Shown here: positions 37,902 through 46,820 of the stretch, piece after piece
How the letters are laid out: every line of letters starts with the position of its first letter
How positions within the stretch are numbered: the first letter of the stretch is position 1
DNA from: an uncultured delta proteobacterium
Lineage (GTDB): Bacteria > Myxococcota_A > Polyangia > Polyangiales > Houyiibacteriaceae
Direction of reading: 5' to 3'
Assembly (NCBI GenBank): GCA_963699755.1
Contig: CAVOVB010000002.1
Coordinates: forward strand, 672,001-736,000
Length of the DNA: 64,000 nt
Made by a program: the position numbers and the translations under genes
The notes under the pieces: model-generated
Seen by the model: the letters and a program-made list of their open reading frames with translations, nothing else
What the model was told of the DNA's origin: nothing
Databases searched by the model: none

Positions 37902-39728
37902 ATGACGGACGAAAAAGACCTGATTCGCGACGACATCGAAGCCTATCTCGCGAAGTACCGAAAGAAAGAGCTCCTCCGATTCGTGTCGGTCGGCTCGGTC
38001 GATGACGGCAAATCGACCTTGATAGGCCGCATTCTCTACGACACCGGGATGGTGTTCGAGGATCAGATGGCTGCGGTGCGGGCCGCGTCACAAACCGAGG
38101 AGCCGGACTTGGCGCTTCTCACCGATGGGCTCAAGGCGGAGCGCGAGCAGGGCATCACGATCGACGTCGCCTACCGGTACTTCGCGACCAACAAGCGCAA
38201 GTTCATCATCGCGGACACGCCTGGGCACATTCAGTATACGCGCAACATGGTCACGGGTGCGTCGACTGCAAACGTGGCTCTGATCTTGATCGACGCTCGA
38301 CATGGCGTCCTACAGCAGTCTCGCCGCCATGCGTACATCGCCTCTTTGCTCGGCATTCCTCATCTCGCCGTCTGCGTGAACAAGATGGATCTCAAGGACT
38401 ACTCGGAGCGGGTCTTCAACGAAATCAGTGCGGACTTCATGGAGTTCGGCAAAACGCTTCGATTCAAGGACATTCAGTTCTTCCCGGTGAGCGCGCTGCT
38501 CGGTGACAACGTGGTGAGCGACAGCGAGAACACCCCCTGGTACGACGGGCCGAACGTTCTCGAATATCTGGAGACGGTCCCGGTTTTCGCCGACCGCAAC
38601 TTGGCTGATTTCCGCTACCCGGTGCAATACGTCATCCGGCCCGATCTCGACTACCGAGGCTTTGCCGCGGAGATCGCTGCGGGCGTCATCGCCAAGGGCG
38701 ACGAGATCGTGGCGCTCCCCTCGGGCAAGAGCTCGAAAGTGAAAGCCATCGACACCTACGATGGCGAGCTCGAGGAGGCCTTCGCAGGCCAGTCGGTGAC
38801 CATCCGGCTCGAAGACGAGATCGACATCAGCCGGGGCGACATGATCGTCAGGCCGGACAATCTTCCGCGGGTCACTCGTCGGTTCGACGCTCATCTGGTT
38901 TGGATGCACGAGCGTCCACTCGACACCGAGAAGGCCTACCTCGTCAAGCACACCACGCAGACGGTCCGGGCCCAGATCGACAAGATCTACAGCGAGATCG
39001 ACATGGACACACTCGAAGAAAAGCCGACCGACGGCATCGGGCTCAATGACATCGCCAAGGTGCGCTTGAGCTGCCACCGGGCGCTTTATGTCGACGACTA
39101 CCAGCGGAACAGAGAAACCGGCGCGTTCATCGTCATCGATTCGTTGACCAACAATACCGTCGCAGCGGGCATGATCTCGCTTGAGGGGAGCGGTCAGAAC
39201 ATCGGTGAGGTAATGAAGGAGCTGCACGCCGAGTCGGCGATGGAGCCCAAGACCTTCGTCAGTAACAACGAGCGCATGGAGCGCTTCGGTCAGAAAGGGG
39301 CGACGGTTTGGCTGCAAGGGCTTCCAGGCTCCGGACGCTGGACGCTGGCCTATGCACTCGAGCGAAGGCTCTTCGATGATGGCCACACCGCTACGGTCGT
39401 GAACCCCGTCGGGGAGGATCTGCGTTCGATGATTTCGGCCGCGAAGGCCATCACCGACGCAGGTCTGATTAATATCTGCGCCTTCCCGAGTCCGACGCGA
39501 ACCGACCGCGACAAGCTGAAGGCGCGAATCGGCGAAGATCGGGTCATCCAGGTCTATGTCAACACCGATGAGGCGCTCTGTCGCGAACGCCGGCCGGATG
39601 CCGACTTCTCGAAGTTCGAGGCTCCAGAAGATCCGGACATCACGGTCGCGCTGGACGAGATGCGAATCGACAAGGCGGTCGAAATCATCATGGCAGCGCT
39701 CAAGGAGCGCGGCCAGTTCGAAGACTAG
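37902..39728 (+). CDS. cysN: Sulfate adenylyltransferase subunit 1 fused to a degenerate APS-kinase-like domain
   Basis: GSVDDGKSTLIGR, EREQGITIDVAY, DTPGH, NKMD. C-terminal CysC-like domain has GLPGSGRWT. Confidence 0.95.
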   Translation: MTDEKDLIRDDIEAYLAKYRKKELLRFVSVGSVDDGKSTLIGRILYDTGMVFEDQMAAVRAASQTEEPDLALLTDGLKAEREQGITIDVAYRYFATNKRKFIIADTPGHIQYTRNMVTGASTANVALILIDARHGVLQQSRRHAYIASLLGIPHLAVCVNKMDLKDYSERVFNEISADFMEFGKTLRFKDIQFFPVSALLGDNVVSDSENTPWYDGPNVLEYLETVPVFADRNLADFRYPVQYVIRPDLDYRGFAAEIAAGVIAKGDEIVALPSGKSSKVKAIDTYDGELEEAFAGQSVTIRLEDEIDISRGDMIVRPDNLPRVTRRFDAHLVWMHERPLDTEKAYLVKHTTQTVRAQIDKIYSEIDMDTLEEKPTDGIGLNDIAKVRLSCHRALYVDDYQRNRETGAFIVIDSLTNNTVAAGMISLEGSGQNIGEVMKELHAESAMEPKTFVSNNERMERFGQKGATVWLQGLPGSGRWTLAYALERRLFDDGHTATVVNPVGEDLRSMISAAKAITDAGLINICAFPSPTRTDRDKLKARIGEDRVIQVYVNTDEALCRERRPDADFSKFEAPEDPDITVALDEMRIDKAVEIIMAALKERGQFED

Positions 39729-39776
39729 ATTGCGGAGCCCTGCACTGGTCGTTGGAGCCTTCTCGATGCTGCGGAA

Positions 39777-40649
39777 ATGATTCTCGATCTTCTGGAGGTC
39801 GTCGCTCCCGTTTTCATCGTAGCGGCGGTGGGCCTCGGCTGGGCGCGGTCTGGTGCACACTTCGACGAGGTTTCGATCTCGCGCCTGGTCTTGAACGTTG
39901 GCGTTCCTTGCCTTCTCTTCCGGAGCCTGACCACGCTCGAAGTGCCTTCGGCAGAGCTGGCGACCATGGCAGGACTGACCGTCGGCGTCATGAGCCTCTT
40001 CGCGGTCGGCGGGCTCGGGGTGCTCAAGGTGATGAGGCTGCCTGCGCACACCTTTCTCGGCCCTTTGATGTTCAGCAACTCTGGGAACATCGGCGTTCCG
40101 ATCTGCCTCTTCGCGTTCGGTGAACCGGGTCTCGCACTTGGGATGACCTATTTCGCCGTGTCCGCGACCTTTCACGTGACCCTCGGCGGCCCGCTGTTCT
40201 CGGGAGTTTTTTCGCCGCGGCCGTTTCTTCGTTCACCTCTGACCTGGGCGGTCGTCGTCACGGTCGCCGTCGTCGCATCGGGGGCAGCGGTGCCCACCTG
40301 GATCGCCCGAACGACCGGGCTCCTCGGCGACATCGCCATCCCACTCATGCTGCTCACCCTCGGGGTCTCGCTCTCCAAGATGCACCCCAGTGCGCTAGGG
40401 CGCTCCGTCATCTTGTCCCTCGTCCGCCTCGCGCTCGGGGTATCCGCGGGCCTTCTCCTCACGGCCCTCCTCGGCGTGGAGGGCCTGAGCCGCAAGGTCC
40501 TCATCCTTCAAGCGTCGATGCCGATCGGGGTGCTGAACTACCTCTTCGCGCATAGGTACGGCAGAAGCCCGGAGCAGGTTGCGAGCCTGGTGCTCGTGAG
40601 CACGCTGCTCTCGATCGTTTCGATTCCGGGGCTCTTGGCGTGGCTGTGA
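39777..40649 (+). CDS. AEC (auxin efflux carrier) family transporter
   Basis: About 10 TMs, PCLLF, NSGNIGVP, AIPLMLLTLG, QASMP. Confidence 0.88.
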   Translation: MILDLLEVVAPVFIVAAVGLGWARSGAHFDEVSISRLVLNVGVPCLLFRSLTTLEVPSAELATMAGLTVGVMSLFAVGGLGVLKVMRLPAHTFLGPLMFSNSGNIGVPICLFAFGEPGLALGMTYFAVSATFHVTLGGPLFSGVFSPRPFLRSPLTWAVVVTVAVVASGAAVPTWIARTTGLLGDIAIPLMLLTLGVSLSKMHPSALGRSVILSLVRLALGVSAGLLLTALLGVEGLSRKVLILQASMPIGVLNYLFAHRYGRSPEQVASLVLVSTLLSIVSIPGLLAWL

Positions 40650-40785
40650 GCGCCTTATTTCCACAGCCGGGAGCCAGGCCGGCGCCGCGACCGGGGCCGA
40701 GAATCGAGACCCGGGATCTGGACCGAGACCTAGTCTGCGGGCGGAATTCTCGGTCGTGCGGGCTCCTTCACGTACCCTGCTCCGG

Positions 40786-41355
40786 ATGCCTCGCACCGTC
40801 CCCCTTCGTGTCCTCTCCGACCGGGACCACTATGAACAGGTCATGCAAGCGGTGCTTGCGGCCGAGCGGAGCGTTTGGATCGCGACGGCGAATCTCAAAG
40901 ACGTGATGGTCGAGGATCCGCGGGTAGTCCCTGGTCGGCGCCGGGGGCGGCGTGGCAACTATCGATCCGTCCTCGAGGTGTTCGCCGAGCTGGCACGACG
41001 CGGACTCGAGCTACGCATTCTGCACGCATCCGCACCTTCACGCGCGTTCCGCCAAAGCTTCGACGCTCAGAAGGAGCTCGTTGCCGGAGGCATGGAAATG
41101 CGCGTCTGTCCGCGGGTACATCTCAAGACGGTCGTGGTCGATGCCGGCCTCGTGTACTTGGGAAGTGCAAACTGGACGGGTGCGGGCCTGGGCGCCAAAG
41201 GCGATGGCCGGCGGAACTTCGAAATGGGTATCCTGACGACGGACGAGCAAACGATCGATGAGGTGCAAGAACGCTACGACCGTATCTGGCGAGGCGCCGA
41301 ATGCGCAGACTGCCGCCTCCGAGCAGAGTGCGAAATGCCCCTGGACGAATTCTGA
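40786..41355 (+). CDS. Single-HKD phospholipase D/nuclease-family protein
   Basis: HLKTVVVD...YLGSANWT...NFEMG; C-terminal CxxCxxxxxC. Confidence 0.85.
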   Translation: MPRTVPLRVLSDRDHYEQVMQAVLAAERSVWIATANLKDVMVEDPRVVPGRRRGRRGNYRSVLEVFAELARRGLELRILHASAPSRAFRQSFDAQKELVAGGMEMRVCPRVHLKTVVVDAGLVYLGSANWTGAGLGAKGDGRRNFEMGILTTDEQTIDEVQERYDRIWRGAECADCRLRAECEMPLDEF

Positions 41356-41740
41356 AACAGGTCGAGCTCCGGATTCCCGATCGCGGTCCGCTGTCGGTCA
41401 CTCACGGTGACAACGCCGCCGACGGCATCTGTGCCCTTGCGCGCTCCGATTCTCGCCGCACGAACGGTGCTCGGAGGATTTCTAGTCGGCCGCGAAGCTG
41501 CCCGCCGCATGGTCCCGCGCGAGCGAGGGACGATCCTATTCACTGGTGCAACGGCAGCCCTGAAGGCCAGCGCCAACTCCACGGCGTTCGCGTCCGGCAA
41601 GCACGGCCTCCGCGCGGTTGCGCAAAGCATGGCCAAGGAGCTTGGACCCGAAGAGCATCGCAGACACGTACTTCTGGCTACACCAACAAGCACGCAACGC
41701 GTGGACCTTCGAGCTCCACCTTCGCCACTATGGAGAGCGC
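41356..41740 (+). pseudogene. Decayed SDR oxidoreductase gene
   Basis: GGFLVGREAARRM...GTILFTGATA...AFASGKHGLRAVAQSMAKELGP continues in another frame as LDPKSIADTYFWLHQQARNAWTFELHLRHYGERW. No Rossmann N-terminus. Boundaries approximate. Confidence 0.8.
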
Positions 41741-41812
41741 TGGTCAGCGAAGCACGCCATCCGATCGGAGAACGGCTCGCGACGGGCGTGCTCGCGATTG
41801 GAATCGTATCGG

Positions 41813-41997
41813 GGCACGGAAAAAGGCGCGATATGGGTGGAGCCGACGTAGCGAGTGACAAGCGGTAGGACAGCAGCCACCCCCGGTTGGCGCGAGCTCC
41901 GAGGCGAGGCTTGCGTGGCCCAAGTTAACCAGTGAACCCTGCCAGCTTTGCAAGCCGAGCCGGTCGACGGAACCCATATCGCGCCTTTTTCCGTGCC
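41813..41997. repeat. 185-bp element with perfect 26-bp terminal inverted repeats (MITE-like or structured RNA)
   Basis: GGCACGGAAAAAGGCGCGATATGGGT at 41813-41838 and its exact reverse complement at 41972-41997. Confidence 0.8.
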
Positions 41998-42002
41998 GCA
42001 AT

Positions 42003-44033
42003 CTAGTCCATTTCGCGGTATTGCTCTTCTTCGGGGTTCTCGTCCGCGTCCAGGAAGGCTAGGTCTTTCTGGCTGTAGATCCGCACGAGGCCGCGGCGGA
42101 TCGGAACTAGGAGCGCGATGCAAAGTGGGAAAAGCACGCCAAATGACGACTCTTTGACGAGCCAGAGAACGGACAAACAGGCAAGCTGGATCAAAGTGAA
42201 GCTGTGCAGGACCGTGCGCGAGACGCGCCTGATGTAGTGCGTCGGCGGATACAGGGTCGGATCGGTGACCCAGAGCTTGAGTCGGTCGACGAACTGATTG
42301 CTTCGCAGAGACGCGATGCCCATGAAGAGAAACAAGCCGAACACCACGGACATCGGAATGGCTCGAAGCGCTCCGAGAAAGAGCAGTGAGCAACCTATGA
42401 GTAGATGCACCAGCAGGGGGGTGAGGCGGTTCTCCATCACCGAAATGATGTGCTCGCCCCGCGCGTGATGCCGGACGGTCGCCAAGCTTCGAACGTGATT
42501 CAAGGAGCGAACCGTCGCGGCGACGACCCAGGGTAGGCCGATGATGGCGCAAAACGCCACGAGCACCGCAATCACGGTCATGTCGAGATTGTAGCCTGCC
42601 CCCTTTTTGAGCCTGTGCTGGGGGCTGTTGACTAGGCGAACGGTGATGTTTTGGTCCAAGAAGAGCAGCACAGCGGCTAGGGCCGCGATTGGAATCGACG
42701 CCAGCCAGAACCAAACAGGTGCTTCCTTCGGGTTGACCAACCAAGGGCGTCCGCTCGTCGTCGTGAAGGCTTCTGGGACCGCGAGGTGCTCGAGCTCGAT
42801 GGGGTGCATCGCCCAAGCTGCCGCTGTCATGGTGAAAATTGCGATAGCGGGACCGAAGTCCGCGAGGAATTCACGGACCGTCTTGGTGAGCAGCGGCTTC
42901 TGGCGGACGCGGGAGAGCTGCTGGGCGATCATGTAGGTTCCGAGGGCAAGAATCAGCGCAAGAAGCTCTCCGTTCGTGGGAACCTCGGTGCCGAAGATGT
43001 TGCCAAAGATGTCGCGAAGGGCCTCGGTGATGAAGATCAGTGCGATCAGGGCCGCGAAAATCTCGTCGGTGAATCGTGTGAAGTACAGGATGTACCGGCT
43101 GGTGTTGGTCACGGCCAAGACGAGCATGATCACCGAGGTCCAGATTCCTATCCAGAACAAGCCGGGAAGGAACGGAACGCCGAGCTGCTTACACAGAACA
43201 TAGAGGAGAGCGAGAAAGATCGTGACGGGACCCGTGCTGCCGAGAAGCGTCAGGGGCTGGCCGGAGAACAGTGCATAGACGATACCCCCGATCGCCGTCG
43301 CGAGAAGAGCTTCGACGGCACCGATCTCGCCGTCGGTGAGGAACGAGAGGAGCCCGCCGAAGGCGATCGAAGGCGCCAAGCACGCGAAGAACAAGAACAG
43401 GATCGTTGCTAACCCCTTGATGTTGAACCCGTCGGCGAAGTCGCCCGCATAGAAGGGGAGCTTTCGGCGAACGTCGGCGATCAGCCCCGCCGCAAAGCCG
43501 GTGACCGGTGGCGGGATGCTCGGATAGGTGGGAACGAGCGAAGGCCTTCGTTCATCGGGCGGCGCTTCGACGTACTCGAGGTAAAGCTGGTACGTTGCGA
43601 GCACCTGCATCGGGTCGTTGGCCCCGATGATCGAGGCGCTGAAGCGCTCGTCGTGCAGCATCCAACCAAAAGGTTCCAGGTCTTCGTTGGGTGGAGTGGG
43701 GGCGCCGTAGGGGGCGACGATCAGCCAAACGTAGTGGACCCTCTCGTGATCGCTAGCGCGAACCCCTTCGGGAAGCCGCATGAGTGCGCAGCGGCAGACG
43801 TCACCGTTCTGCGCCTCGTAACGCACTCGTAGAACGCCCACACCGCTCCCCAGGTCTTGAAGCTCCCCCTCGCCCCGTTCGTCGAGCGTCTTTTGAATCG
43901 CCAAGCGCTGGCGGTCGCTGAGCTTGCCCAGCCGGACGAGCTCGTCACCTGCCCGTTCGACGAGGCCCTGCAGATCGCTGGCAGCCAGGTCCAACAAGAT
44001 CTCGCTGTCGTGAAGACGCTGCTGCAAACCCAT
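42003..44033 (-). CDS. SLC4 (Band 3/HCO3-/borate) family transporter with N-terminal PTS-EIIA-like domain
   Basis: FLFFACLAPSIAFGGLL, FSGQPLTLLGSTGP, YFTRFTDEIFA.LI..IFI.EA, LFLDQNIT..LVN...LKKGAGYNLD, GLPW.VAATVRS..H, ENRLT, IPMSV.FG.FL.MG, HSFTLIQ. Confidence 0.92.
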   Translation of the reverse strand: MGLQQRLHDSEILLDLAASDLQGLVERAGDELVRLGKLSDRQRLAIQKTLDERGEGELQDLGSGVGVLRVRYEAQNGDVCRCALMRLPEGVRASDHERVHYVWLIVAPYGAPTPPNEDLEPFGWMLHDERFSASIIGANDPMQVLATYQLYLEYVEAPPDERRPSLVPTYPSIPPPVTGFAAGLIADVRRKLPFYAGDFADGFNIKGLATILFLFFACLAPSIAFGGLLSFLTDGEIGAVEALLATAIGGIVYALFSGQPLTLLGSTGPVTIFLALLYVLCKQLGVPFLPGLFWIGIWTSVIMLVLAVTNTSRYILYFTRFTDEIFAALIALIFITEALRDIFGNIFGTEVPTNGELLALILALGTYMIAQQLSRVRQKPLLTKTVREFLADFGPAIAIFTMTAAAWAMHPIELEHLAVPEAFTTTSGRPWLVNPKEAPVWFWLASIPIAALAAVLLFLDQNITVRLVNSPQHRLKKGAGYNLDMTVIAVLVAFCAIIGLPWVVAATVRSLNHVRSLATVRHHARGEHIISVMENRLTPLLVHLLIGCSLLFLGALRAIPMSVVFGLFLFMGIASLRSNQFVDRLKLWVTDPTLYPPTHYIRRVSRTVLHSFTLIQLACLSVLWLVKESSFGVLFPLCIALLVPIRRGLVRIYSQKDLAFLDADENPEEEQYREMD

Positions 44034-44115
44034 CCCGGTCCGAGGGAGCCAGATTCTACTATCTCGACTCCGATGGAAAGCAGGAAGTGAGCGTGGAACG
44101 TCTGAGGTGCGAAAA

Positions 44116-45453
44116 CTAGGCGTCGATGCAACGGCGAACGACTTCCATCAGCGTCTGCGTTCCCCAAGCCAAGCCGTCGATCGGGATTCTCTCGTTGTGC
44201 CCGTGGAACATGTCAGCGAATCGCAGCGCGAGTGGAAGCTTCACGGGCGCAAAGCCGTACCACTTCGCCCCGATCGAGGTGAAGGCCTTCGCATCGGTGA
44301 ATCCCTGCAGGATGAACGGAACCACGGGCGCGTCTGGGGCGCGCTGCCCCATGACCTCGTGGATCAGCGAGTACAAGGAAGACTCCTTGGGATCGGTTAC
44401 AACCTGTGGAAGCGCGTACATCACTTCGAGCTCGATGTCCGGGCCCAAGACGTCACCGAGCTCGCGCAAGAAATCTTCTTGGGTCTGGCCTGGCAGGATG
44501 CGACCGTCGATTTCCGCCTCAGCAAGACCCGGGATGACGTTCGTCTTGTTACCGGCGCGAAGAACCGTCGGCGACGCGGTATTGCCGAGCAATGCGCGGA
44601 ACGCTCTCCTCACCCCGGGGTCTGGTAGGAGATTGAGCATCGTGGGCCCGGTTGTCGGATTGGCGAGCATCTTGATGAGTGGTCTCAGTGGAGCGGGTAA
44701 ATGCGACGCGATCGATCCGATGAAACCCTGCACCGACGGGGACGCGTGGCATGGCAAACCCTGCTCACCGAGGCGCGCGATCGCCTCACTGAGTCGGATG
44801 ACGGCCGAGTCTTCCCGCGGCATGGATCCGTGGCCGGGCACGCCCCTGGCGCGCGCACGCACCCAGCAGACGCCCTTCTCCGCGACCTGTACCGTAAAGA
44901 AGCTCTTCCCGGCCACCTGGATGTTGAAGCCCCCGCCCTCCCCGATTGCAAACTCGCTTTGCACGAGCTCACGGTGGTTCTGGCAGAGCCAAAGCGAACC
45001 GTATCGGCAGCCTGCTTCTTCGTCTGCCACGCCCGCGAAGATCAGGTCGCGCTTCGGTCTGACCCGTTCGCGAGCGAGCCGCGTCACGATAGCGACTGAC
45101 ATCGCCGCCATGTTCTTCATGTCGATCGCCCCCCGACCCCAGAGGCAGCCATCGTGGACCTCGCCGCAAAACGGATGATGTTTCCACGCCGACGGGTCTG
45201 CCTCGACGACGTCTAGGTGGGCGGTGAGCAGAAGTGGCGGCAGCTCTCCGCTTCCTCGCAGACGTGCCACGACGTTGCCGCGACCGGGCGCGCTCTCCAT
45301 GACGACGGGCTCCAAGCCGGACCGGCTCAACTCTTCGGCAAGCAGCTCCGCGGCCGGCAGCTCGTTACCAGGCGGGTTGGTGGTGTCGATCCGCAGCAAT
45401 TGCTGGCAAAGCCCAAACGCATGCTCGGAGAGCTCCCGGTCGTCTTCGCTCAT
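44116..45453 (-). CDS. M20-family metallopeptidase/aminoacylase
   Basis: IDTTNPPGNE, AHLDVV, WGRGAIDMK, ADEE, GEGG, GHGS, GFTD, HGHNERI. Confidence 0.92.
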   Translation of the reverse strand: MSEDDRELSEHAFGLCQQLLRIDTTNPPGNELPAAELLAEELSRSGLEPVVMESAPGRGNVVARLRGSGELPPLLLTAHLDVVEADPSAWKHHPFCGEVHDGCLWGRGAIDMKNMAAMSVAIVTRLARERVRPKRDLIFAGVADEEAGCRYGSLWLCQNHRELVQSEFAIGEGGGFNIQVAGKSFFTVQVAEKGVCWVRARARGVPGHGSMPREDSAVIRLSEAIARLGEQGLPCHASPSVQGFIGSIASHLPAPLRPLIKMLANPTTGPTMLNLLPDPGVRRAFRALLGNTASPTVLRAGNKTNVIPGLAEAEIDGRILPGQTQEDFLRELGDVLGPDIELEVMYALPQVVTDPKESSLYSLIHEVMGQRAPDAPVVPFILQGFTDAKAFTSIGAKWYGFAPVKLPLALRFADMFHGHNERIPIDGLAWGTQTLMEVVRRCIDA

Positions 45454-45534
45454 GACTTGGATTCGGTGTTAGGCCAGCGACTTCGATCATGCAACTTGAT
45501 CGCGCTTCGACATTGAATCAGGGTCATTGACTAG

Positions 45535-45909
45535 ATGAGCCTCTTCGAAGAGCTTGGCGGAGAGCCAAAGTTGCGAGCGATCGTCGACGACTTCGTCGAT
45601 CGCTGCTTCGACGACACGATGATTGGCTTCCTCTTCGCTCGCGCCGAACGAGAACGGATCAAGCGATTCGAATACCAGCACGCCGCCAAGAACCTGGGGG
45701 CAGCCCTCGAATATGAAGGCAGAGCGCTGGACGAGGCCCACAGACCGCACAAGATCTTCGGCGGGCAGTTCGACCGACGCAGGCAGATCTTGATCGAAAC
45801 CCTTCGCGACCACTGTGCCCCACAGGAAGTCCTCGAAGCCTGGGTGTCTCACCAGGATTCGCTGCGTTCGCTGATCACCCGCGACCCGGACTCGAACTGC
45901 CGGGGCTGA
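45535..45909 (+). CDS. Group I truncated haemoglobin
   Basis: SLFEELGG...IVDDF...D..IGFLF...LG...YEGR.L.EAH (proximal His). Confidence 0.85.
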   Translation: MSLFEELGGEPKLRAIVDDFVDRCFDDTMIGFLFARAERERIKRFEYQHAAKNLGAALEYEGRALDEAHRPHKIFGGQFDRRRQILIETLRDHCAPQEVLEAWVSHQDSLRSLITRDPDSNCRG

Positions 45910-45911
45910 TC

Positions 45912-46820
45912 ATGTCCCAAGCGATCGAAGGTCTCGTTGTTCGCTCCGCCGCCGGCTTCGTCGACGTCCAGATCGACGGAGAGGTCGTGCAAGCCCGACT
46001 GCGCGGTCGCCTTAAGAACAGGCCTCGTACGACCGACCTCTGCGTCATTGGCGATCGAGTGCTGCTGTCGCGCCCTGACTCCCAGAGCTTGGTCGTGGTC
46101 GAGGTGCTACCACGGCACAGCCGTTTCTCGAGACGGCAGCCAGGCCGCGGTCCGATGAAGGAAGACGTGCTCGTCGCAAATCTCGATCAACTACTGATCA
46201 CCTTCTGCCACGGTCGCCCATCGCTCAACACCCGGCTCCTCGATCGCTTTCTCGTCATCGCCGAGCACCAAGACATCGCGCCTGTCATCGTGATGAACAA
46301 GGCGGACCTGCGGGAACCCGGCGAGCAGGATTGGCAACGAGCGTACGAGCGCGTCGACTATCCGATCCTGACCGTAAGCGCCGGCACCGGCGAAGGCATG
46401 GACGCATTGAATCTGGCCCTACAAGCGAAGATTTCTGCGTTCGTCGGGCCCTCCGGGGTTGGCAAGAGCAGTCTGATCAACCGCATCCTGCCCGGGCTCG
46501 ATCTCGGCATCGCGAGCGTGAGCGGCCTTCACGGCAAAGGTCGTCACACGACCCGTGTGGCCACCCTCTACACCCTTCCCGGTGGCGGTTTTCTTGCCGA
46601 CACGCCTGGAATCCGAGAGCTCGGAACCTGGGCGCTTCCGATCGAGCATCTCGACCAGTGTTTTCCGGAGCTCAGCCCATATCGGGGGGAATGCGCGTTT
46701 CGAGCGTGCAGCCACACGCACGAGCCGGGCTGCGCGGTCGTCCAAGCTCTGAACGAAGGGGGGATCGATGCCGAACGATACGACAGCTACGTCCGGCTGC
46801 GCGAAGAGGCGGGCGCCTAG
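45912..46820 (+). CDS. rsgA: Ribosome small subunit-dependent GTPase A
   Basis: NKAD, GPSGVGKSSLIN, GRHTT, DTPG, CAFRACSHTHEPGC. Confidence 0.96.
   Translation: MSQAIEGLVVRSAAGFVDVQIDGEVVQARLRGRLKNRPRTTDLCVIGDRVLLSRPDSQSLVVVEVLPRHSRFSRRQPGRGPMKEDVLVANLDQLLITFCHGRPSLNTRLLDRFLVIAEHQDIAPVIVMNKADLREPGEQDWQRAYERVDYPILTVSAGTGEGMDALNLALQAKISAFVGPSGVGKSSLINRILPGLDLGIASVSGLHGKGRHTTRVATLYTLPGGGFLADTPGIRELGTWALPIEHLDQCFPELSPYRGECAFRACSHTHEPGCAVVQALNEGGIDAERYDSYVRLREEAGA

Noticed and set aside
38310..40175. 621-aa minus-strand ORF
   Set aside because: Antisense shadow of cysN and the AEC transporter; no motifs, and typical of high-GC codon bias.
40668..40735. Short GACCGG/GACCGA-like hexamer run
   Set aside because: Too degenerate and short for a CRISPR or tandem repeat call.
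41813..41997. 6S RNA or SRP RNA
   Set aside because: The length and GAGCCGA/TGAACC words are suggestive, but the SRP GGAA...AGCA loop is absent, a perfect 26-bp stem is atypical of 6S, and the zapA-ygfA context is missing. Not called without Infernal.
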